This document shows positions 50,802-61,482 of a stretch of 64,000 nucleotides of DNA, piece by piece. Made by a program: the position numbers and the translations under genes. A model generated the notes under the pieces. That model worked only from the letters and a program-made list of their open reading frames with translations. It was not told where the DNA came from and ran no database searches. The stretch's first letter is position 1; each line of letters begins with the position of its first letter. This DNA comes from an uncultured Aliarcobacter sp. (GTDB lineage Bacteria > Campylobacterota > Campylobacteria > Campylobacterales > Arcobacteraceae): assembly GCA_963664305.2 (NCBI GenBank), contig CAXXLV010000001.1, positions 544,001 through 608,000 of the forward strand, in the 5' to 3' direction.

Positions 50802-52327
50802 TATTTAACCTCCCCTATAGAGTTTAAAGCTTTTAATTTCTCTTTTGTATCATCATTAACAGCTTTTACTTCCATAACATTTATTACTTGAGTTACTGAC
50901 CCATTTAATGGTTCTAAAATCAATTTAGGATAAATTCCTAAAGCTATAATTAAAACAACTAATGAACCAAGAGCAACTAACTCTCTTCCAAAAATATCTT
51001 TAATTGTTTTGTTTTCTGGTTTTACTAATTTTCCAAAGAATGTTCTTTTGTACATAGATAACATATAAACTGCACTTAAAACGATAGTTAAAGTTGCAAC
51101 AAATGTTAATTCTGGAGAGAATTTAAAGAATCCTAAAAGAGATAAGAACTCTCCAATAAATCCAATTGTTAATGGTAAACCAATAGATGCCATTAGAACG
51201 ATTGCATATATAGTTGCAAATACTGGCATATTATGAGCTAATCCACCAAACTCTTTTATCATTTTTGTATGTCTTCTATCATATAAAACTCCAACACACA
51301 TAAATAGTGCTCCTGAAACTAGACCATGCCCAATCATTAAGAAAACTCCACCTGAAATTCCTTCAACATTTAAAGCAAATACCCCAAGAGTAATTACACC
51401 CATGTGAGAAATTGATGAATATGCAATCATTTGCTTCATATCTTCTTGTGCATAAGCTACCATTGCTGTATAGATAATTGCTATTAGTCCAAGTGCAGCC
51501 ATGAATGGAACAAAATAAACTGATGCATCTGGGAATAATGGTAAAGAGAATCTAATAAATCCATATGTTTCCATTTTTAATAAAACAGCTGCAAGCATAA
51601 TAGAACCAATTGTTGGTGCTTGTCCATGAGCTAATGGTAACCAAGTATGGAATGGGAACATTGGAACTTTTACTGCAAATGCCATAAAGAATGCAATAAA
51701 TAACCATAATTGTAAATCAAATGGTAAAACCATTGAATTCCAATCCATTAAACTAAAGCTCCAAACACCTGTAGTTTGGAAATATACATAACCAAAATAC
51801 AAAATACCAATTAACATAATTAACGAACCAGTAAATGTATATAAGAAGAATTTAATTGCAGCATAAAATCTTTTTTCTGCTCCCCAAAATCCAATAACAT
51901 AAAACATTGGAATAAGAGTTAATTCCCAGAATACATAGAACATAATTACGTCTAAAGAAGCAAAAACTCCAACCATTGTCATTTCCAAGAATAACATTGT
52001 AATAATCAGATTTTTTATATCTTTCTTTTCAGTTAAACCAATTACTGCAATCATTGTCATGAATGTAATCATAACAATAAGGAAAAGAGAAATACCATCA
52101 ACACCAACAATATAATTAATACCATAAGCACTAATAAGTGGTAAGTTTTGGCTGAACTGCATTCCCGCAACATTTGTATCAAAGTAATACCACATTAATA
52201 GTGATAAAACAAATTCAACAACCGTTACCACAACCCCAAATTGTCTCATAGAATCTTTATGAATTAAAAATCCAACAACCGCAGCTGCAGCAGGGAAAAA
52301 TATTAACATAGCTAAAATATTTTCCAT
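50801..52327 (-). CDS. nuoM: Complex I subunit M
   Basis: GVDGIS, FYVFWE, VKVPMFPFHTWLP.AH, IAYSSISHMG. Confidence 0.96.
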   Translation of the reverse strand: MENILAMLIFFPAAAAVVGFLIHKDSMRQFGVVVTVVEFVLSLLMWYYFDTNVAGMQFSQNLPLISAYGINYIVGVDGISLFLIVMITFMTMIAVIGLTEKKDIKNLIITMLFLEMTMVGVFASLDVIMFYVFWELTLIPMFYVIGFWGAEKRFYAAIKFFLYTFTGSLIMLIGILYFGYVYFQTTGVWSFSLMDWNSMVLPFDLQLWLFIAFFMAFAVKVPMFPFHTWLPLAHGQAPTIGSIMLAAVLLKMETYGFIRFSLPLFPDASVYFVPFMAALGLIAIIYTAMVAYAQEDMKQMIAYSSISHMGVITLGVFALNVEGISGGVFLMIGHGLVSGALFMCVGVLYDRRHTKMIKEFGGLAHNMPVFATIYAIVLMASIGLPLTIGFIGEFLSLLGFFKFSPELTFVATLTIVLSAVYMLSMYKRTFFGKLVKPENKTIKDIFGRELVALGSLVVLIIALGIYPKLILEPLNGSVTQVINVMEVKAVNDDTKEKLKALNSIGEVK

Positions 52328-52339
52328 TTACATAACCCC

Positions 52340-54196
52340 TTAAAGTACCGATAAAACTAAGGCAAAAACTAATCCTAAGATTAGTCCTAAACTCATTAGT
52401 CTTAATGATGTTGATAAATTCCCAGACTGAATTGGTCTAGCTTTAACTCCTAATTTATTGATAAAGTGAGCTAAACCATCAATTGACGCATCAATTAATT
52501 TGATTTCAATTACTTTCCATACCCATACTGAAAATGCATAATATGGTTTTGAAATACAAACTTCATATATTTTTGGAATATAGTATTGATTACTTAATAA
52601 TTTGTAGAAGAAGTTATCTTCCCATGATTTACTAAACCCACCATTTCTATATTTATATACAGCAAATAAAATACCAAAAATCGCAACTCCACTTGTAACT
52701 AAAATTAAAATCCAAGCCGTTGAATGATTTAAATTTGAAGCTTCCCATGTTGGTAAGATTTGAGTTACAAACTCTACAAATGAATGTTCAAACCAACCTG
52801 CAATAATTGCTAAAGTTGCTAGTGGAATCATTGCTGCTATAACAAAACTTTTTGCTTCATGTGGATGTAAATTTTTATTGTAATTTGCTTCACCAAAGAA
52901 GATTTTCATTACAAGTCTAAATGAATAAAATGCTGTTAAACCAGCTGTAATCCATAAAATTGTCCATAAAATTGTTGCATCAGCATTAAATGCAGCTTCT
53001 AAAATTTTATCTTTTGAAAAGAATCCAGCAAGTGGGAAAATACCTGCTAGTGCCAATGAAGCAATCATCATAATATATGAAGTTGCTTTCATCTCTTTAT
53101 GAAGTCCACCCATTTTTCTAATATCTAATTCATCATGCATAGCATGCATAACATTTCCAGCCCCAAGGAATAATACTGATTTGAAGAAAGCATGTGTTGC
53201 TAAGTGGAACAATGCAACCCAATATGCTCCAAGACCAGCTGCAACAAACATATATCCTAATTGAGATAGAGTTGAATATGCAATAATTCTTTTCATGTCA
53301 TTATTTACTAAAGCCATAGTTGCAGCAAATATTGCAACAAATGCACCTAAACAAGCAATTGCATAACCTACTTCTGGAATTAATGCATATAATTCATTTG
53401 AACGAACTACTAAATAAACTCCAGCTGTTACCATCGTTGCAGCGTGAATTAAAGCTGAAACTGGTGTTGGTCCTTCCATAGCATCTGCAAGCCATGTGTG
53501 TAAAGGAAACTGTGCAGATTTACCCATCGCTCCTAAGAATAATAAAGCTCCAATCCAAATAAGTGTTGAAGTTTCAAGAGTTGAGAATTGTGCAAATACG
53601 ATATCATATTGTAAACTTCCAATGTTCCAGTAAATTAAGAACATCCCCAGTAATAATCCTAAATCTCCAACTCTATTCATAATAAAGGCTTCATTTGCTG
53701 CCCATGTTGCAGATTCTTTGCTATACCAAAATCCAATTAGTAACCAAGAACAAACTCCAACACCTTCCCATCCAATAAATAAAACAGCAAAGTTATCACT
53801 CATTACTAAAACTAACATTGAGAAAACGAAAGCAGATAAATATGAAAAATATCTATTAAATCCATCATCATGATCCATATAACCGATTGAATGAATATGA
53901 ACCATTGTAGAAACGATTGTTACAACACTCATCATTACTACACTTACATGGTCAACCACAAATCCAAAAGGAATATCTAAATTTCCAATAACTATCCAAT
54001 CAAACAAACTTACATGTAAAGTTATATCTTCTGTGTAAACAAAATATAATAAATTTAAAGAAGCATACATTGAAACAGCTAACATAAATGATGTAAACCA
54101 ACCTGTAAATGCCATCTTTGACTGAGTTGAAAACAACGCAGCAATTAAAGAACCAACTAAAGGGGCAAAAAGTGCAATATATATAAATTTTTCCAT
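52340..54196 (-). CDS. nuoL: Complex I subunit L
   Basis: GWEGVG, GKSAQFPLHTWLADAMEGPTPVSALIHAATMVTAG. Confidence 0.97.
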   Translation of the reverse strand: MEKFIYIALFAPLVGSLIAALFSTQSKMAFTGWFTSFMLAVSMYASLNLLYFVYTEDITLHVSLFDWIVIGNLDIPFGFVVDHVSVVMMSVVTIVSTMVHIHSIGYMDHDDGFNRYFSYLSAFVFSMLVLVMSDNFAVLFIGWEGVGVCSWLLIGFWYSKESATWAANEAFIMNRVGDLGLLLGMFLIYWNIGSLQYDIVFAQFSTLETSTLIWIGALLFLGAMGKSAQFPLHTWLADAMEGPTPVSALIHAATMVTAGVYLVVRSNELYALIPEVGYAIACLGAFVAIFAATMALVNNDMKRIIAYSTLSQLGYMFVAAGLGAYWVALFHLATHAFFKSVLFLGAGNVMHAMHDELDIRKMGGLHKEMKATSYIMMIASLALAGIFPLAGFFSKDKILEAAFNADATILWTILWITAGLTAFYSFRLVMKIFFGEANYNKNLHPHEAKSFVIAAMIPLATLAIIAGWFEHSFVEFVTQILPTWEASNLNHSTAWILILVTSGVAIFGILFAVYKYRNGGFSKSWEDNFFYKLLSNQYYIPKIYEVCISKPYYAFSVWVWKVIEIKLIDASIDGLAHFINKLGVKARPIQSGNLSTSLRLMSLGLILGLVFALVLSVL

Positions 54197-54198
54197 TC

Positions 54199-54498
54199 TT
54201 ATCCCTTCATTCCTGCAATATCATCTAAGTTAATAGACCCTGTTCTTTTATACCAAAGAATTAAAAGACCAAGACCAATTGCAACTTCACTTGCAGCAAC
54301 TGCAATAATAAAGAATGCAAACATTTGACCTGTTAAATCACCATGAAATTTAGAAATTGCAGCAAGTCCAACATTTACAGCATTTAACATAATTTCTGTA
54401 GAGAAAAAAAGCATTAAAACATTTTTTCTTCTAATTACACCAATTAAACCTATACAAAATAAAACTGTTGAAAGTATCAAATAAGCATTTAGTGTCAT
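54199..54498 (-). CDS. nuoK: Complex I subunit K
   Basis: RRKN, EIMLNA, AASEVAIGL. Confidence 0.95.
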   Translation of the reverse strand: MTLNAYLILSTVLFCIGLIGVIRRKNVLMLFFSTEIMLNAVNVGLAAISKFHGDLTGQMFAFFIIAVAASEVAIGLGLLILWYKRTGSINLDDIAGMKG

Positions 54499-55076
54499 TA
54501 AATATCCTTTGTAGATGATTCTTCTTGTTTCATAATCTCATCTATCTCTTCTTCTTTCATTTCTGAAAATGATATATTCATTTTTTTCCCTGCTAATACA
54601 ATTCCACCTACCATTGCAACTAATAACATTAAAGCCGCAAGTTCAAATGGAAGTAAATATTTTGTGAATAAAACAACCCCAACATCAGCAGTATTTCCAT
54701 ATTCAGGGTGAACTGGAAACTGTGCTTCTACATTTTGACCAATAATTGGAGCAATTAAAACAATAACTACAATAACTGCTATCATTCCAGATAATAAAAA
54801 TACCAATCTTGGATTATTGATTTTTTCCTTTACTTCTGATAATGAGTCAAAAAACATCATACCAAATGCGTATAAAGCCATAACTGCACCTGTATAAACT
54901 ACAATTTGAACTGCACCTAAAAAATCAGCATTTAATAAGAAGAAAAATCCTGAAATAAAAATCATTCCAGATGCTAATGCACTTAAAGCATAAAGTGAAT
55001 TATTTGTTAAAACTACAATACTAAACATACCAATAGTTAAAATAGAAAATATTATAAAAGCTATAATTTCAAACAT
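54498..55076 (-). CDS. nuoJ: Complex I subunit J
   Basis: QIVVYTGAV, YLLPFE. Confidence 0.94.
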   Translation of the reverse strand: MFEIIAFIIFSILTIGMFSIVVLTNNSLYALSALASGMIFISGFFFLLNADFLGAVQIVVYTGAVMALYAFGMMFFDSLSEVKEKINNPRLVFLLSGMIAVIVVIVLIAPIIGQNVEAQFPVHPEYGNTADVGVVLFTKYLLPFELAALMLLVAMVGGIVLAGKKMNISFSEMKEEEIDEIMKQEESSTKDI

Positions 55077-55085
55077 TCAATCTCC

Positions 55086-55706
55086 TTAGTATGATAATGG
55101 TGTTTTTTTAATTTTTTTATCGGCATCAGGAGATACTGAACCATAACCATCAAACTCTAACTGCATTCCTAAACCATTCGCACTTGTTAAGATATCCTCT
55201 TTTAAAGAGAAATGTGCTCTTTGTTCACTTGCATTTTCATATCTTCCACCATGAACAATCGCAAGCTCTGGACAAACCTCAGCACAATATCCACAGAAAA
55301 TACATCTTCCCATGTTGATTGTATATTGCATAACTTCTTTTCTAGAATTTTCATCAATTCTTGTTTCCATTCTAATACAATTTGCTATACATATTTTTTC
55401 ACAAAGTCCACAACCAATACATCTCTCTTCTCCTGATTCAAGAAGTCTAAGAAGTTTATGTACAGCTCTATATCTAGGTCCTATTGGTAATTTTTCTTTA
55501 GGATATTGAACAGTTGCCATTTCACCTTTGAATAAGGCTCTATACATTATTCCAAAAGTAATTCTCATTCCAACAAATAATTCACCTTTGATTGAACGTG
55601 CTAAAACTTGTTTGAACATATCCCAATTAGTTTTAGGGTAATTATCCTCTTGAACTACAACATAATCTTCACTAATATTTCTATTTTTAAACTCTTTTAG
55701 TTCCAT
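55086..55706 (-). CDS. nuoI: Complex I subunit I
   Basis: TVQYP.EK, CIGCGLCEKIC, CIFCGYCAEVCP. Confidence 0.96.
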   Translation of the reverse strand: MELKEFKNRNISEDYVVVQEDNYPKTNWDMFKQVLARSIKGELFVGMRITFGIMYRALFKGEMATVQYPKEKLPIGPRYRAVHKLLRLLESGEERCIGCGLCEKICIANCIRMETRIDENSRKEVMQYTINMGRCIFCGYCAEVCPELAIVHGGRYENASEQRAHFSLKEDILTSANGLGMQLEFDGYGSVSPDADKKIKKTPLSY

Positions 55707-55708
55707 AA

Positions 55709-56707
55709 TTAACTCCTAACCATAATCACAAAACCAGTAACTAAAACATTTAGTACTGAAAGTGGCATTAATATTTTCCAACATAACCACATCAATTGGT
55801 CAGGTCTAACATGTGGCCAAGAAGCTCTTGTCCATAAGAAAATAAATATCAAGAACATTACTTTTAATACAATTGCTAAACCACCTGGAATAAACCATAA
55901 TGGCTCAAATCCACCTAAGAATATAAGTGAAACTAAAAATGAAATTGTAAATAAGTTTGCATATTCTCCAATAAAGAACATCCCCCATCTCATTCCAGAA
56001 TATTCAGTTGCATATCCAGCAACTAACTCTGCTTCATGCTCAAGTAAGTCAAAAGGTGTTCTATTTGTTTCAGCAAAACCTGCAATTAAAAATAAAATAA
56101 ATGCTAAAGGTTGTGACCAAATTATCCAGTTTGAAATTCCACCTGCTTGATAGTTATTAATATCAATTAAAGACAGACTTCCAACCATCATTAAAGGTGC
56201 TAATAAAGAAAGTCCAGATACAACTTCATAAGATAAAAGTTGAATTGCTGTTCTTGCACCTCCAAGTAATGCCCATTTATTAGCACTACTCATACCACCT
56301 AAAAGTGGTCCATAAAGTCCAACTGCACCAACAGACAATACAAATAAAACTCCAACATTAATATCACTAATAATTGGTCTTACTGTATATCCAAACATTT
56401 CAAATTCTGGGAAAAAAGGAACTGCACTCATTGCGATAAATGCTGTTGCAGCTGTAATTAAAGGTGCAACCATAAATATTTTTTTGTTTACATTTGCAGG
56501 AATAATATCCTCTTTACAAAACAATTTAATTCCATCTGCTGCAATTTGTAATAATCCATAAGGACCAACATTTGTTGGACCTAATCTTCTTTGCATAAAA
56601 GCTAGAATTTTTCTCTCTATATAAGTTGTAAATCCAGCAAGTGCTGAAAAAACTGCAAGTACAACTACTACTTTTACAATAGTTTCTATAATAATACTTG
56701 TTTCCAT
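55709..56707 (-). CDS. nuoH: Complex I subunit H; start probably ATG 56707
   Basis: ERKILAFMQRRLGP, AETNRTPFDL.E, EYSG, RPDQLM. Confidence 0.96.
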   Translation of the reverse strand: METSIIIETIVKVVVVLAVFSALAGFTTYIERKILAFMQRRLGPTNVGPYGLLQIAADGIKLFCKEDIIPANVNKKIFMVAPLITAATAFIAMSAVPFFPEFEMFGYTVRPIISDINVGVLFVLSVGAVGLYGPLLGGMSSANKWALLGGARTAIQLLSYEVVSGLSLLAPLMMVGSLSLIDINNYQAGGISNWIIWSQPLAFILFLIAGFAETNRTPFDLLEHEAELVAGYATEYSGMRWGMFFIGEYANLFTISFLVSLIFLGGFEPLWFIPGGLAIVLKVMFLIFIFLWTRASWPHVRPDQLMWLCWKILMPLSVLNVLVTGFVIMVRS

Positions 56708-56708
56708 A

Positions 56709-59183
56709 TTATACCTTTGCCACTTTTGCTTTATTAAATCTATAAGTATTGAACAGAGCATTTGAAGAACTATTTTTCATAAATGTAGAAACATAAGAGA
56801 TGTTTCCTTTTATTTGAATATCTACATATGCATTTAAAGTCAATTCTTGATTATTTGCATTTACTTTTACTTTATCACCTTCAACTAAACCTAAATTCTC
56901 AAATGCTTCTTTTGAAAAGAATATTCCATCTTGAAGTTTCTCTTTAAACTCATGAGAAATTGCTGTAAATTCATTGAATTGATTAATTGGATTCGCTTTA
57001 TAAATTACAATTTCATTCTCTTCTAAAACTAATCTTTCAGTATTAGCTTCTTTTACACTCTCTTCTTTTAATACTTCAAAAGAGTTAATTTCATATCCTC
57101 TATATTCAACTTGGTCATTTCCAAAATGATTTGGTAAATCATCAAACTTAACAGTTTTATAACCTTTATTTATTGGAAGTTTAACTGTGTAATCTATCGT
57201 ATACTCTACATCACAACCTAAAACTTCATTTGCTACTTCATTTAAAGTATAACCTTTAAACTCTAAAGCAGCATTTGTAGGAATTACTTTTTTATCTATA
57301 TTTGTAAAAGTTCCTTCTTGTTGATTAAGAGCTGGTACATCTAAATCTCCATCACCTAAAGCAGAAAGTTCAAAATCAGCTTTCATGTTATAACCAACAC
57401 TTAAACCATCAACTTCTTGTGATAAAGTACAAATTTGTGCTACACCTAAAGTATTTGTTTGTGATGGAATAATTACTACATTAAAATCTGTATAAGCATC
57501 AATTAATCCACAAAGTTTTGCTAAATTTTCACTATTTGGATGAGTTATTAAATCTTCTCCAACCATTAAAGAGAAGGCATCTTTTTTAGCCAACATTTCA
57601 TCAACTAAATCAAGGAATTTTTCATCTCTTCCAAAATCTTCAACAAATGAAACCATCTCATATGAAACTTCTGTTGATACATTTTTAGAAACTACTTTTT
57701 TAACTTCTTTTTCTTCACCCGTTGCTTCATCAACAACTATCTCAACAACATTTTCTTTTACAACTTCAGTTACAGTTTTTGTTTTAGTCTCTTTTTTAGA
57801 ATCTATGTATGATTGAACTTCAGAGGGTAAATTTTTTCCAAATTTATATAAAATGAAATATAAAATTGACTCTTCAACCATTGGAGCGTGATAAATAAAA
57901 TCTGTTGTTTTCCCAATTTTTCCAATTTTTTCCATAACTGGATCAGCTATTGGATGGAAATATAATCCCGCACCTTTATTCATAACAACTGAATTATTAA
58001 AGGCATATCTTGCATTTGGTAAATCTGATTTTAAATAAGACCCAACAGAAATTACAAAGTTTGAGTTATGTACATCTGATAATTTTGAAGAATATAAAGT
58101 TTGTCCAGATGTTTTTGAATAATTATTTAAAAACTCTTGATATCTTCTTGCATCTTCATTTACAAGTTTTGCACCAGTAAACTCTGAAATTTTTTGTAAA
58201 ATTAAAGCTTCTTCATTTGTAATATATGAATTAAATTTAATATTTCTAGCACCTTTAAATGCCTCCACAGCTTTATCAAATGCAGCTTTATTTTTTTCTT
58301 CAACTTTGTTTTCAAAATCATAAGCAAATCTTCCAGCTCCATTTAAAGTTGAATAATGTGGCTCATTTGTAACTCTATAAATTCTTTTTGTTTTGTGATT
58401 ATCAATAGAATCATGTTTAATTTCATAATACATAAATGCACAATCACTTGAGTGAGGATTAGCTGCAGGTATTTTTTTAAGTTCCCAAGCATTTGAAGTA
58501 TATTGGAAATCATGTGATACTAAAGCTCCAACAGGACATGCAGAGATACACTCTCCACAGTTTGTACAGGCATCAGCATCATAACCAATAAGTGATTTAT
58601 TCAGTTTATTCCACATAGCATAAGCATCTTTTGGCATTTCATCTTTAAATACTTTATCGATGTTATCACTATCTCTTTTTACTGTATCTAAAGCGTTTGA
58701 ACCAACCATATCTTCACAAACAGTTACACATCTTTCACATACAATACATAAAGCTGGGTCATAATTCATAACTCCCCAATGTTGAGTTGGTCTATGTATA
58801 TCTTTGATACTATAACTTTGAGAATCTACTTTCATATATAAAGAGTAGTTTTGTAATTCGCACTCTCCACTTTGGTCACAAACACCACATTGTAAAGGAT
58901 GATTTACATCATAAACTTCCATAATTGCTCTTCTTTCAAGTGCAATATTTGGAGTTACTGTTGTAATATTCATATCTGCTTTTACTTTAGTATTACAACC
59001 ATAAACTTGTTTTCCATCAGCTTCTACTAAACATAATCTACATGCAAGAGTTGGTGAACATCTAGTTAAATAACAAACTGCTGGAACAAATACATTATTT
59101 GCTCTAGCAACATTTAATATAGACTCACCATCTTTTGCTTCAATAGATTTACCATCAATTGTTAGTGTAATCATATCACTCAT
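56709..59183 (-). CDS. nuoG: Complex I subunit G
   Basis: CRLCLVE, HPLQCGVCDQSGECELQ, CIVCERCVTVC, CTNCGECISACPVGAL, EGTFTN. Confidence 0.93.
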   Translation of the reverse strand: MSDMITLTIDGKSIEAKDGESILNVARANNVFVPAVCYLTRCSPTLACRLCLVEADGKQVYGCNTKVKADMNITTVTPNIALERRAIMEVYDVNHPLQCGVCDQSGECELQNYSLYMKVDSQSYSIKDIHRPTQHWGVMNYDPALCIVCERCVTVCEDMVGSNALDTVKRDSDNIDKVFKDEMPKDAYAMWNKLNKSLIGYDADACTNCGECISACPVGALVSHDFQYTSNAWELKKIPAANPHSSDCAFMYYEIKHDSIDNHKTKRIYRVTNEPHYSTLNGAGRFAYDFENKVEEKNKAAFDKAVEAFKGARNIKFNSYITNEEALILQKISEFTGAKLVNEDARRYQEFLNNYSKTSGQTLYSSKLSDVHNSNFVISVGSYLKSDLPNARYAFNNSVVMNKGAGLYFHPIADPVMEKIGKIGKTTDFIYHAPMVEESILYFILYKFGKNLPSEVQSYIDSKKETKTKTVTEVVKENVVEIVVDEATGEEKEVKKVVSKNVSTEVSYEMVSFVEDFGRDEKFLDLVDEMLAKKDAFSLMVGEDLITHPNSENLAKLCGLIDAYTDFNVVIIPSQTNTLGVAQICTLSQEVDGLSVGYNMKADFELSALGDGDLDVPALNQQEGTFTNIDKKVIPTNAALEFKGYTLNEVANEVLGCDVEYTIDYTVKLPINKGYKTVKFDDLPNHFGNDQVEYRGYEINSFEVLKEESVKEANTERLVLEENEIVIYKANPINQFNEFTAISHEFKEKLQDGIFFSKEAFENLGLVEGDKVKVNANNQELTLNAYVDIQIKGNISYVSTFMKNSSSNALFNTYRFNKAKVAKV

Positions 59184-59983
59184 TATGCTTCTACCTTTTC
59201 AATTTTCACTTGTTTATATTTATAACCATCAAAAATATCTGTACTATTATCTGCTTCTAAAATTGCAATTGTTCCTGTTAGAGAATCATCAATTTTTAAA
59301 ACTCTTTTTATTTTTTCATTTTTAGAATTTATATATATTTCATCACCATCTACAACTTTTGCAATATTTGCAAATGTTTTACTTGAGATTAATTCATTAC
59401 TATTTTTACCAATTAATTTATAAACTAAAGTACCATTAAATGATTTTAAATCTTCTATTTCTTCTAAATCAAAATCTTCACAACTATCTATTTTCTCTTC
59501 TAAATCTTTATCTAAAACTATTAAATTAAAATCCGTATATTTTTTTATTACTGCTAATAGCTTAATTATATTTTCAACTCTTTCATGATTTTTTATATCA
59601 TTACCTACAATTAATACTTTAGAATTTGAATCTAAAAAAGCTTCATAAGACTCTTCAAATTCCTCTTCACCAGCACTACTTTCAGCAGAAATGTATCCTA
59701 AATCTAAATCGTTTATATATTTGTTTATTTTCTCATTTGCATTTTTTACAAAAGTATTAAGTAATAAGGCACAAATTCCCTCTTCACTTCCTACTTCATA
59801 TTTAATAAACTGTGAATAAAAAGATTTTAAAGTCGGATTATCAATTGGGAACATATAAATAAATTTTGTTTTATTTTTTTCTATTGAATCTAATACACAA
59901 GTTTTTATTTCTTGATTATCTTCAAAATACGTTCCAAATGATAATATTAAATCAGCATTTAAAATAATCTCTTTATTATTCAT
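59183..59983 (-). CDS. Campylobacterota-specific complex I subunit in the nuoF position (Cj1574c/NuoY-like); start probably ATG 59983
   Basis: Between the nuoE-position gene and nuoG; no FMN/NADH or Fe-S motifs; YEVGSEEG and DLGYISAESS motifs; resembles the NuoG C-terminal half. Confidence 0.75.
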   Translation of the reverse strand: MNNKEIILNADLILSFGTYFEDNQEIKTCVLDSIEKNKTKFIYMFPIDNPTLKSFYSQFIKYEVGSEEGICALLLNTFVKNANEKINKYINDLDLGYISAESSAGEEEFEESYEAFLDSNSKVLIVGNDIKNHERVENIIKLLAVIKKYTDFNLIVLDKDLEEKIDSCEDFDLEEIEDLKSFNGTLVYKLIGKNSNELISSKTFANIAKVVDGDEIYINSKNEKIKRVLKIDDSLTGTIAILEADNSTDIFDGYKYKQVKIEKVEA

Positions 59984-60254
59984 CTTTTCCACTTTCAGCA
60001 ACTTCCTCAACAACTTTTGGTTCAGGTTTTACTTTTTTAACTACTAAAGTCCAATCTACTTCATTGAATTTTATAGAATTCATCAAAGTATATCCAGCTT
60101 CATAAATTACATCTGCTGATTTTTGGATATTTGAAAAATCTCCAATTTCAAACATAATAATTGCTGTTTCTTCAGGAGCTATTTGTTTATCAAGTAGTTC
60201 TAACATTCTGTCGTAAAAATCATTTTTTAAAAATCTTAAATCAAATCTTTTCAT
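59976..60254 (-). CDS. Campylobacterota-specific small complex I subunit in the nuoE position (Cj1575c/NuoX-like)
   Basis: [23 protein letters not shown]; 92 aa, no cysteines. Confidence 0.8.
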   Translation of the reverse strand: MKRFDLRFLKNDFYDRMLELLDKQIAPEETAIIMFEIGDFSNIQKSADVIYEAGYTLMNSIKFNEVDWTLVVKKVKPEPKVVEEVAESGKDE

Positions 60255-61477
60255 CTGTCAATCTCACCAAATACTATATTTAAATTACCAATTATTGTAA
60301 CAACGTCAGCTAATTGACATCCAACTAGCAGCTCTTCTAAAATCGCAGTGTGTTGGAAACTAGGAGTTCTTAATTTTAATCTATAAGCATAAGGACTTCC
60401 ATCACTTACAACAAAGTACCCTAACTCACCTTTTGGTGATTCAGTAGCAACATATACTTCACCAACTGGTGGTCTCATACCTTGAGTTACAAGTACAAAG
60501 TGTTGCATTAAAGAGTAGTTTTGAGTCATTATTTGCTCTTTTGGAGCTGAAATATAATTTGGAGCATGTGCCATTAATTGAGAATCTGATCCATAATACA
60601 TTGGGAATAATTGCCCTAAAATTTTTGCAGACTCTTTAATCTCAGCAATACAAATTTTATATCTTCCATATGAATCACATGTATCTGAAACTGGTACATC
60701 AAAATCTAATTCAGGATAAATTCCATAAGGCATCTCTTTTCTTAAATCCCATTTAATACCACTTCCTCTTAAAGCAACACCTGAACATGCCCAATCTTGT
60801 GCCATTTGAGGAGTAATAATTCCAACATTTTCAAGTCTCATTTTCCAAATTCTATTTTCAGTTAAAAGACCTTCATAAGTTTTTAACTCTTTATCTAAAA
60901 TTTCTAAAAATGATTTACAATCATCAATCCAGTTTGCTGGTAAATCTAAAGGAACACCACCAATTCTAACTGCACTATGAGTAAGTCTAGCACCACAATA
61001 ATCTTCAATTAAATCTATTGCGTATTCTCTTTCTCTAAAGCAATATAAAAACATTGACATAGCACCAACATCAAGAGCATGAGTTGCTAACCAGAATAAG
61101 TGAGAGATAATTCTATTTAACTCTAAAAGCATTGTTCTAATAATCTCTGCACGTCTTGGAGCTTCAATTCCAAGTAATTGCTCAATTGCTAAAGCGTATC
61201 CATAGTTATTTGAAGTTGCTGCAATATAATCCATTCTATCAGTTGTAGGTAAGAATTCATTGTAAATCATATTTTCCGCCATTTTTTCCATACCTCTATG
61301 AAGATATCCAATCATTGGTCTTGATTTTACAACTTCCTCACCTTGAAGTTCTAATATAAGTCTTAATTGTCCGTGAGCAGATGGATGTTGTGGTCCAAAG
61401 TTTACCATCATAGTATTATCTTCACGTTCAAAGTGAATATTTTCAAAAAAAGGTTTTAATCTATTTGGTTGTTGCAT
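60251..61477 (-). CDS. nuoD: Complex I subunit D
   Basis: [38 protein letters not shown]. Confidence 0.97.
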   Translation of the reverse strand: MQQPNRLKPFFENIHFEREDNTMMVNFGPQHPSAHGQLRLILELQGEEVVKSRPMIGYLHRGMEKMAENMIYNEFLPTTDRMDYIAATSNNYGYALAIEQLLGIEAPRRAEIIRTMLLELNRIISHLFWLATHALDVGAMSMFLYCFREREYAIDLIEDYCGARLTHSAVRIGGVPLDLPANWIDDCKSFLEILDKELKTYEGLLTENRIWKMRLENVGIITPQMAQDWACSGVALRGSGIKWDLRKEMPYGIYPELDFDVPVSDTCDSYGRYKICIAEIKESAKILGQLFPMYYGSDSQLMAHAPNYISAPKEQIMTQNYSLMQHFVLVTQGMRPPVGEVYVATESPKGELGYFVVSDGSPYAYRLKLRTPSFQHTAILEELLVGCQLADVVTIIGNLNIVFGEIDR

Positions 61478-61482
61478 ATTTT

